From assembly GCA_965603825.1 (NCBI GenBank), contig CBFDEM010000027.1, positions 620,001-684,000 of the forward strand: a stretch of DNA of 64,000 nt. Reading direction: 5' to 3'. Position numbers and translations under genes: made by a program. The stretch comes from Blepharisma stoltei ATCC 30299 (Eukaryota; Protista; Ciliophora). Position 1 is the first letter of the stretch, and each line of letters starts with the position of its first letter. The notes beneath the pieces are model-generated. The model was not told the origin of the DNA and made no database searches. It saw nothing but the letters and a program-made list of their open reading frames with translations. This document shows positions 11,689 to 21,664 of this stretch, piece by piece.

Positions 11689-14446
11689 CTATGTTCCACT
11701 TAATCTCTTCGATTTGTAGTTATCCTCAGCAGGATTGGAAGCTCTTTTCTGTTCTTTCCGCTTCAAATAGTCTAAAGTAGGATAGTCTGTGATAAGTTTT
11801 TCAATTAAGATTTCTAAATTTTCATCACCAAGCTTTTGTCTTTCCTTAATTATCATATCTTTCGATCCGTCTCCACCACATAACCTTAATTTGTTTATAA
11901 CTCGACATCCTTGAGTAAATCATGTGTTTATATTTATAGCTTGCTCCATGCTAAATGGCCCAATTTCCTGAATCAATATGCTTCATTTTTTTTGCAGATC
12001 AACTCGATAAAAGACAATCCCTCGAACAATTATGCTTTTAAAATACTGATGATCTCTGCTGTTTTTATATAATGAAATAGCAATATCCATATATTTTTTA
12101 ACAAAAATTTGCCAGAGAGCATTTGTAGCATGAACTTGAGCATTCTCGATACTCAACCGATCGAATTTTTTATACTCATGTATAATTATAGTACTGCTCA
12201 AATTGGCTACTGGAAGAAAAATTGCATCCGCTTTGTTCCTGGAATCGTTAGGCCTTTCTGAGTATACTGTCCATGCAGAGTTATCAATTTTAATTGAAGC
12301 AAGCATCGCGATACCTCCCACCAAAGTCTGAAAATCTGCTTCAGTTCTATAATCACTTTCTTTAAAATTGTCAAGCAACTCATCTTGAATTAGGTTTTGA
12401 AGTTTTTCGCAATTCCCCAAGTTTTCAATAAATTCTTTTGCCGTCCCATCAACATTGATTCTGTTCTCTCCAGTTTTTTCATTAATTCACTTTTGAAGCA
12501 AATATTCGTAGAAGTCTCTTTTTGTTTCTTTATTCGGGATAACATAAGTTTGCCGCTTTTTGTCATCAATATTAGGTGTTATATATCCACAATGCAGCAG
12601 ACAGCCAAAAAAGTTATTTTTTATCTCTTTCATGTCTCCGAAATGTATCTCGTCAGGAAGTTTTGGATTCAAAGTGAGGTACCCAGTTTTCATTATATTA
12701 TATAATTCATTAAAATTTTCCAAATTACTAAATGCAGACATCAATATATCGTAGATACCTGTATTTATTCAGTAAGGTCGAAGTGGAAAATCAGATTTCT
12801 CACTTACAGCCTGCAAGCAATTCGTTATTGATCAAGGATTGTATATTCGTATCTTGCCAACATTGTAGCCATTATATCACGTCTTAATTATGTTAATTTG
12901 CTCTTTAAAATCTCCTTCAGATTCATAATATAAATTTTTTCTAAGCAATTCAGTTACTTCTGCCTCTGTAAATCCGAAGCAATCTGCGTAGAGAAAATCA
13001 TTTTGAATTGTGTATGCCTTTAAATTTCTCATGCTTGATGAAAGTTTATTATGTGCGATTTTAAGAGTCCCAGTGAAGATTGATTTATCAATAAACTTTG
13101 GCAGGTCTTTACATAGCAGATTCAGAAATCATCCAAAATTAGCAGCAATATCTCTTTCACCATTTTTATTAATGAAGTCATTAATTGGCCTGTCATATTC
13201 ATCCACTAGCACTAAAACAGGCTTTTTATGAATATCATAAAGCATTCGTGCCAGATTGATTATAGCATTATCAATTTTAATTTGCGAGCTATCTTTTATG
13301 TATGTCCTGAATATTCTAAGACTGCGACTTATATATATATTATACCGATCAACGAATCATTCTAGCATTTCAATACTCTCATTTGTATAATCAATATTAT
13401 GATGTGGGTTTTTCAAACATCATGCTTTTACTACATTTTCTAAACCTTGACGATAATCATATTCATGCTCGCTATATGCATTTCAAATCGAATCACGCAT
13501 TCCTTGAAGATAAATGTCAATATTGGGGTTGCCGTTCATCCCATAATCATTTATCAACAAAAGTATCATCACTTATAGCATTTATAAAGTCTACATTCCC
13601 GCCAGAAATAGTAGATTTTTTTTTAACTTTTAAAGCAGACTGCCGAGTTTCGGGTGATATATCTGAAGCTTTCGTAGGACGGTGTGGTGTCACGCAAATT
13701 GTTGGATCATTTAAGTCAATGCTATATTTTTCTAAAATAGCTCTCAATTTACTACTTCGATCGATTTCAAATCTATAAAATGAGCCCAAGAACTTATGAT
13801 TGCCTTTTGAAATAAGCATGACCGTGTTAAATAAACACCAAAGACCGCTTTCGTAAGGATATGTGCATTGTTTAGCGAAGGATGTATCAGTTATTTTAGC
13901 ATTTGGAAAGCACCCAGCAAAAGAGCTTTGCCATCCATCCGGATCTTCAAGATTAAATTTTCCAGTTAATAGAGATTTTATATTTTCAGGAATTCGAAAG
14001 TTATTCCCTGATGAGTCTATGAAAAAAATTAATTCGGATGTGTTTTTCAGAGGACTACCATCGATAAGTGTGTGATTCTTAGGGAGAATTACTATTGTTT
14101 GCCAAAAATAATTAAATTTAAGCTCTTCATCTGATAATTGGCGGTTTCCTTCAACTGGCAGTGCTTTTCAGCAAGATACAATTGGAATCCTTAATTCTCG
14201 GTCTGAGTCTTGCATTATTTCTTCGATTTTTTCAATAAAATCCTGATTTTCTGAAGTTTCATCAGTTTCGGCGGGAGACCCGTACAAAGAAAACTCTTGA
14301 TCTATGAAGTGGATTTTATTACTATAAAGAGTCTGAAATGCGTTTTTAATTGTCTGAAATGATGAAAAACCTTGATTAAGGCTAGTCTGCGTTCATTCAT
14401 CAAGCCTTGAAAAATTCTCATACAAGTACAGTTCAAAAGATGTCAT
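11689..14446 (-). pseudogene. Second copy of the AAA-ATPase/PD-(D/E)XK gene, disrupted
   Basis: Colinear with 7422-10454, but about 293 nt (copy-1 9261-9557, including Walker A) is missing at about 13548, which shifts the frame. Confidence 0.85.
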
Positions 14447-14944
14447 ATTTTTTATTATAGAACTAAAAGTCTGAAGATAAGTATTGCTTAGATTAATTTG
14501 TTAGTGCCGATGTTTGATCTAAGCTGCCAAGGACTCTTAAAATCCTCATGGATATGCTTATGATAGCAAAATAGCACAGTGCATAATTCGTTTACCATCT
14601 GGAGTATTTTCCCACGCAGTTGTTGTGACTTTATTAGTTTGCTATTAGTTCGTCAAGAAATAGGCAAGATGTTGACACATCACGATCAGAGACTGAAACA
14701 CTTCGTTTATGACTAAATCAAATCTGCAAAATTTGATTATCAAGAATCTCTCTCAATATATTTTGTGTGATCTTAGTTAGGATCTAAAATTACCATATAT
14801 TCAAATGCATTATTATGTTGGGTGCAATTTTATATTTTCATATTATGTTAACAAATCCCATCAGCATAGTCTCGATTATTCATGCAATTAATTGATAGGT
14901 GTTAAGTGATGGCATAATAATTTAAATTTTATTTAATACCAGCA

Positions 14945-15627
14945 ATCAAACAAGATAAGCTTAACTTATTTTGCATGATAATGTTCTTAAGACATATAAG
15001 ATATCATCATAATTTATTAGTTTAAATCATTGAAATTCTAAGAAATTTAACAATAGAGCAGACATTTTTTAAATATTTATTTAATTTGAATGAAGTTAGG
15101 TCTTTGATTCGACATTTTTTGGGCTTAAATTCATATATATTAATTTTATATGTTAAAACACGTGTCTTGTTTCTTCTCTTAGGACTCGCCTTTTACAACG
15201 ACAAGCCTAAAAACATATTGAAGCTCACTGATGATACTTTTGAAGAAGTTTTATCCACAAATCCCTATGTCTTTGTCGAGTTTTATTCACCATGGCGTGC
15301 TCATTGCCGATATTTTGATACGCTTTATTCTAAAGTTTCCATTTTATTTAGATAAAATATCCCTAAGGTCATAATTCTCAAGATAGATGCCACAGTTCAT
15401 TTAGAAGCTGCAGAAAAATACGATATAAACGCTTATCCAACTAAGCTCTTCATCAATAAAGAACCAATTGATTATACCCGTCCTCGATCGAAAAATGGTA
15501 TGATCAATTGATTTTCAAGAAAATAAACCCTCCTGCATAGCACCTACAGTCTTTAGATAGAGTCAAAACCTTCTTAGAAGACAACAAGCTAGCTTTTGTA
15601 CTTTTTACTACACATGGCTCAGCTCAA
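14945..15627 (+). pseudogene. Inverted partial duplicate of the PDI gene (upstream DNA plus first ~480 coding nt)
   Basis: Matches the reverse complement of about 57130-57800. ATG 15150 is followed by a 1-nt deletion; active site WCAHC became WRAHC; premature stops. Confidence 0.88.
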
Positions 15628-15834
15628 TAATATCACCAATTTTTATGAAAACTCAAAATCTCTTTTCTGAATAAAGTGAGCAAACCCAAAATACTCTTCA
15701 TCATTAATCTTCAAACAAAAAACATAAGATAAATTTCATAAAAATTAACTGATTTTAGTCTGGAAACGTTAAATTGCTTTTGCTGTTGTGCTCCTCATTT
15801 AATATTTCTAAAATTTATAATAGTAAAGGCTAAA

Positions 15835-16992
15835 TTAAATGATTATAGGACGTATTGATGTTAAAAATGAGACATACCTATCATGAAGCTCTTCAGTACT
15901 ATTTCCATCAAGAACTGTTACATCAGTTAATAAAGCAGAAACTACATATGGATCTGAGTTTGAGGCGGGTCTTCTATCTTCAAAGTAGCCTTTTCCATCA
16001 TTTGCCGTAACTCTTGGTATCCTTATTGATGCCCCACGGTCTGCGACTCCAAAGCTAAAAGTATTAATATTTGATGTCTCGCATGTCCCTGACAATCTTT
16101 TTGCATTATCTTTCCCATAACCATCTATACAGTACATATGTTTTTCTCTCAATTTCTCAATATAATTATAAATAGTCTGTATCCCTCCTTCACGTCTAGT
16201 TGAGTTTGTAGAAAAATTCGCATGGCAGCCAGACCCATTCCATTCCCCAATAACAGGCTTGCATTCCCAATTAACAGAAGTTCCATAATGTTCAGCAACT
16301 CTTAATAAGAGGTATCGAGCCATCCACACTTGGTCGCCAAGGTGAATTCCAGTAACAGGCCCTATCTGGAATTCCCATTGTCCAGGAAAAACTTCGCTAT
16401 TAGTCCCAGAAATTGAAATCCCTGTATATAAGCAGCATCTATAATGAGCCTCCATAATCTGTCTTCCAAATGCACAGCCACCTCCAACACTACAATAATA
16501 AGGCCCTTGAGGAGCTGGGTAGCCCCCTTCTGGGAAGCCTAAAGGTCTATGTGGGTAAGTATCATTACGATAGAGTACATATTCTTGTTCAAACCCAAAC
16601 CAAGGCTCTTCATGGGCTGCTTTATTCATAACTTTTAAGCACTCAGAGCGAAAATTGGTGTTTGTAGGAGTTCCATCTGGTTTCCAAGTGTCGCAGAGGA
16701 CTAAAATATTATTTCCGAGTCTGAAGGGGTCTGGGTAAAAAACTCGAGGCTTGAGAAGAATTTCACTATCATGACCACTGGCTTGAAATGTAGAAGAGCC
16801 ATCATAGTTTCATTCTGGGATATCAGAAAGAGATTTTATCTTTGGGATATCAAGGGTGCGGCTTTTAGAACGGATGTCTAGGCCTCTGCCACCGATTCAG
16901 ACGTATTCAGCTATTATTTTGTTATTTTGGGGAAGTTTGTTGAACTGGTAGTCTCCTCGGCCAACGCTTGATACCTTATCAGTAACCTTCAT
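15835..16992 (-). CDS. GLUL: Glutamine synthetase type II (385 aa)
   Basis: AEYVW(TGA)IGG, PEW(TGA)NYDGSST, PWFGFEQEY, PGQWEFQIGP, WNGSGCH, RGASIRIPR, GYFEDRRPASN. Confidence 0.96.
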
Positions 16993-17279
16993 ATTTGTAA
17001 AAAATTATTTAATGATCTCAGAAATATGGAAAAAATCTGTTTAAATAAAGAAAATTCTAATCAACTTTTTAAAGTTAATTTCATAGATTTGCACTTATAA
17101 ATTTGATTTCTTAGATCTAAAATGCATATTTTTCATTCTAAAAAGTGCTACTCTCAATTTATGAATATATAATTCTCTTATATACTAAGTATATTGCATT
17201 TGGATCCAAATATCTCTAGCAGAATAGCATCTTATGATTTTTTAACTTAATTTTTAAAAAACATCACAAAAATATAATA

Positions 17280-17951
17280 ATGTCCGAAAGCTGCAAAGCC
17301 GACTTTTCAGCAAGCTCCATAAAGCTTGAAAGATTAAACAGTGTAACATCTTTATACTCCCACGACAAATCAAGCAGTTTTTCAGGAGACGAGCTGAGAA
17401 ATCCTCCCAGAAATGACAGATCACTTGAAGCTGACAGCAATAGTTCAAATGATACAAAAAAGCTATCTCAAGGAAAGGTCTCTCAAGGAGTTTCCACATC
17501 TTTTGAATTCTCCAACTCTTTTACTCAAACTGAAGCTGTAGAATACCGAGACAAAATAACTAGCATTGAAGTAAATTTCGATAACAAAGAGACACAATAT
17601 GATTTACCCACAATGGTCGATATGTCAATAATCAAAAAAATCCTGACAGAAGAGGTAAAAGAATTCGTCCTGAAACATAAAGTACAGTTTCCTATAAGTA
17701 ATGTGAATAATGAATGCTCAAACTGCCAAAAAAATATACAGAATGAGATTAAATATGCATGCTCTATTTGCACAAATTGGACCCTTTGTGAGGACTGTGA
17801 GGATAAAAGCAACCATCCTCATCCTATGTATAAGTTTAAGCTTGCAAGAGATTTAAATGGTAAGAAAATTGAGCAAGAAAGAAAAGAATTTGTGGAGAAG
17901 CTGAAAACAAAAAAGAGTTTTTCAAGCTGAAGCAAGGCTCTTGAAGAATAA
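17280..17951 (+). CDS. ZZ-type zinc-finger protein
   Basis: CSNC..KYACSICTNWTLCEDCE..HPHPM; reads through TGA 17928-30 to TAA 17949-51. Confidence 0.8.
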
Positions 17952-18019
17952 ATTAATTTTATGCTATGTTAATATCAATAATTTGACTATAAATTAAAAG
18001 AGAATTTATAGTAAAAAAT

Positions 18020-18799
18020 TTAAACTTTTTTCGCTACTTGAAGATCTATACTATGAACTGTTTCTACCACTTCATGGCCTGTGTTTTTATTTCTTTTCTT
18101 TTCTTTTACTTCTTCAAGCTTAGGAATCGTTTTTTCTGGTGGAAAATGAATAATACATGCTAGTCCTGCAGAAATAAATATAGCTATTACTGGGGCAGTA
18201 AAATATAGCCAAAGATATTCAAAATGTTCTGAATCCCCAGTTCTGATTCCTTGTATAATATTCACTGTAAAACAAATAGTCGGATTAAAGCATGCGCCTG
18301 AAATATGGCCAACTGTTTCTATCCCTGCAGTCAGTGCACCAGATACCACCAAACTCCCTATCAATTTATTATCTGGCCAGAATGTAATACCCATTGTACA
18401 CAGAATAAAATGGACAGAAAATAACATCTCAGCAAAAAATTTCTGAGCATCATTGTATTTGTGTCCTGTTTTGTAATAGAAATCTGAATCATATATCCAC
18501 CATGCAGCGAAAACACCAGGAATTGCTCCTATGATTTGGGCAAAGATAGACCATAGCAAGTACTGTCTATCTTTATTAGTAAGCTGATTTAAGGCTTTTT
18601 TGTGAATGATTGATGCAATTTGGACGCATGGATTAAAGTGGAAGGAGTGAATCATGTTTGTGCCTTGGATGCACATCCAAAAGGCACAACCAACTAGTGG
18701 ACCGTCGAGATTTTTGCCTACGATAACGAGGGTCAGGAGAGCTGTAGCGTAGGCTTCTGCACATAGCTTCTTTAATAAGTTCATTTTTATTTGAGCCAT
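18020..18799 (-). CDS. Aquaporin / MIP family channel
   Basis: AEAYAT, HFNPCV, FFAEM, ISGACFNPT, WLYFTAP; six hydrophobic helices. Confidence 0.88.
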   Translation of the reverse strand: MAQIKMNLLKKLCAEAYATALLTLVIVGKNLDGPLVGCAFWMCIQGTNMIHSFHFNPCVQIASIIHKKALNQLTNKDRQYLLWSIFAQIIGAIPGVFAAWWIYDSDFYYKTGHKYNDAQKFFAEMLFSVHFILCTMGITFWPDNKLIGSLVVSGALTAGIETVGHISGACFNPTICFTVNIIQGIRTGDSEHFEYLWLYFTAPVIAIFISAGLACIIHFPPEKTIPKLEEVKEKKRNKNTGHEVVETVHSIDLQVAKKV

Positions 18800-19555
18800 T
18801 AAAATGGCGTTGGCAATTAATGAGAATTTTCGAATGAATGTGAGAAATATTAATAAATTGCTAGAAATTAAGCGTCAGTATCGATATTAAGTGATTGGGT
18901 AGCTGAAGAATTTTTATGATCTTTAAATAAAGTGACATATATCGCTCCTTTATTAGCTTAATTTATATACAGTAAATTGAGCATAGTTAAGGATAATAAT
19001 TTTTCTTCAAAATTATTGACTTTCATATTTTTAGATTCTTAGCTCAAGCTTTGTGCAATTTAAGAATAATACTCACATAAAAGGCTTGATATTTCTTAGA
19101 TATAATTACTACTGGAATGGAATTTTAATAAAATTTAATTCATGTTGCAAAACTTCGAAATAATTAATGCTACATTATCCATAATAAGTTTAGCCAATGA
19201 TCTTGGTAATATTTAAGAATAAATTTTCTTATCTAGACAAACCTCAAAACCTCATTTAAATTATAAAAATGGAGATCGATTTTCTTACGTAAATCCATAT
19301 ATTATTTCAGAATTAATTAGCCTATGGTCAGCATAAGGTTGGTAAAGCCTCATTAAATTCCATGATTTATATTTATTGCCAGATAGCCTCAGAACTTTAT
19401 AATTTTTGACTTAGTTGCCAAAATGCAATTGATAAAGCAATTAATAGCTATACTGCTATTAGAGGAATTGCATGGCAAACCTGTCTATTCTGATCAAGTT
19501 TAGCTATGATTATTACAGATAAGGCTGTCATGAAGTAAGATTGTAACTTATTAAA

Positions 19556-20908
19556 TTATTGCCGAGCTAAAGAAATAACTTGGTCAAGCAATATTTTTAC
19601 CCCATCTGCAATTGATGAAGGTGTCCCTTTAAACGTGCAAATTCTAGCAGGAACTCCATCAGGCGTTTTTACATCACTAGTTTCTGGTTTCTGGAAGGAA
19701 ATATTGCACCCTGTTTTATTCATGATACTTTTGACGTTTTCTCCTCCTTTTCCGATTAATCTTGCAACAAGCATATCAGGAATGGTTACATTGATGGATG
19801 ATTGGTATTTTCTTCTTGGAGATTCACCTCTTCCATGAGAGCTTCTAGGCGATCTTCGATCAGGGGTTCTATGCCTTTTGCTCTCTAATTTGACTATAAA
19901 AGTCCGAATAATGTCTTCTTTAGTTCTCTTAGACCCACTTATAATGATAATTTTTTTATCTCCAGCTCTTTCAATTCTAATAGTCGCAGTTGTGAATTTA
20001 TCTGACAGATCATTAATAAAGGCTAAGTAAACTTTACATGTCGAGCCTAGTGAGCTTTCTGTATCAACTACAAGCTTGAACGCGTCATTTAACTCTCTCA
20101 GCCCCAAGATAAACTCAAAAATCGCATCTTCTATATCAGCTGGGGCGCCTTTTACCGTCTAAAGTTAGTTTTCAGCATAAATTTTACTTACAGCTATAGT
20201 TTCTGAATTTCCCACTTCTTTGCCAGTGAAGGCTTCTAGATTAAAATCGCTTCTAGCTCTTCTCACAATAGAGCTCGCAATATCTGATGGTAAAAGAAAA
20301 TTAAGGCTCGGCCCTTCAATCTATATAAAATTCACTCTTTTGACAGGACTTGGAGGCTTTCTTTCTCTTCTTGGCGAGCTTATTTTCCTTTCCATGACAA
20401 TTCTATATATCTTTTCAGCAGCGTCTTTAATATTGTTAGGTCTTCCTTTTATTTTGATAATTCTATCTTTCAAGCTTGACGCTTTATCGATGACCGATAC
20501 ATTTGCATCAGATTGTCTTTGAATTGCTTGGATTTGTTGACCACTTCTGCCGATGATTGAAGAAACTGCAGCGTCAGGGATTAAAATGGTGGTGGTGAAT
20601 TCTGAATAGTCTTTTAATCCTGCCAGTTCGTCAATTATCTAAGTAAAAATCACCATGCTCATTGCATTGATTTTTGAAGATACTGAATTTGATTCAATAG
20701 AAACCAATGCTTCGTCAAAGCCGGGAACTTTGTCCATAAAGCTGATGTCAACCTTGGTATCGCTGCGAATGCGATTGATGAGCTCAGGGTCGCTGATTTG
20801 GCTTGCATGCTCTAAGGGAATACCTATCTTGAGAGGATAGGAGGTAAAATCGTATGGAGAACGGGGAGATCTACTGCGAGAATGCCTGCCAGTTTGATCA
20901 AAGCTCAT
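19556..20908 (-). CDS. Multi-KH-domain RNA-binding protein with RS/SP-rich linkers (3 introns)
   Basis: KH motifs IPDAAVSSIIGRSGQQI and IPDMLVARLIGKGGENV. Removing introns 20639-20653, 20321-20335 (15 nt) and 20159-20191 (33 nt) gives one frame. Confidence 0.85.
20159..20191 (-). other. 33-nt spliceosomal intron
   Basis: GTAAGTAAAATTTATGCTGAAAACTAACTTTAG; contains in-frame TAA and TAG, and removal restores the KH protein frame. Confidence 0.7.
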
Positions 20909-21206
20909 ATTTATTAAAATTCATGGGGGTAAGAAACAAAAATAATTCAGCTTATCATAAAAGAGCGTATTCAGCGTTATTTTGTGCTTAAAATTGATGA
21001 GCCAAGAATGATTAAATGATCTAGCTAAATTTAATTCAAAAAATAGATACCTAGTGTATCAATTGTAGCAACTTGAAAATAATTATAAATACACAATTAA
21101 CTGATGTTTTTAAATTTAATTCTTAAATACTCAAATTATCAAATCCCAAGCACCTTCTCCTTAAATTCGCTTTCTGTGTCATCTTCTTAATAAATCATAT
21201 CAAAAA

Positions 21207-21638
21207 ATGGTGAAACACAATAACGTGGTCCCAAATGCTCATTTTCATAAGGATTGGCAAAGCTACGTAAAGACCTGGTTTAACCAGCCTGCCCGCAAAC
21301 AGCGTCGTCGTAAAGCTAGAAGTCTTAAACTCGCCCAGTCAGCCCCCACTCCTCTGAAAACTCTAAGACCAATAGTCCAAGGTCAAACCCTCAGATACTG
21401 CTCAAAGTCCAAGACCGGCCGAGGCTTTTCTCTTCAAGAGCTTCAAAAAGCCCACTTAACAGCCCAATTCGCCAGGTCAATTGGAATTAAAGTAGACCAC
21501 AGAAGAAGAAACAAAAGTGCTGAGACTTTACAAAGGAACGTACAAAGACTAGAGCTTTTCAAGTCAAAACTTACACTTTACCCACTCAAAGCTGGAAAAC
21601 CAAAGAAAGGGCAGGTCAATGATGCAGTTTTAGCTTAA
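21207..21638 (+). CDS. RPL13: 60S ribosomal protein L13 (eL13), C-terminally short
   Basis: HFHKDWQ..VKTWFNQPARK, GRGFSLQEL, ARSIGIKVDHRRRNKS, NVQRL. Confidence 0.92.
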   Translation: MVKHNNVVPNAHFHKDWQSYVKTWFNQPARKQRRRKARSLKLAQSAPTPLKTLRPIVQGQTLRYCSKSKTGRGFSLQELQKAHLTAQFARSIGIKVDHRRRNKSAETLQRNVQRLELFKSKLTLYPLKAGKPKKGQVNDAVLA

Positions 21639-21664
21639 CTTAAATGCTTTTTATCAATTTTACA

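Noticed and set aside
7422-14446. Bacterial contamination or prophage
   Set aside because: Interleaved and co-duplicated with host genes, host-like AT-rich start context, TGA=Trp usage, and no operon or phage genes.
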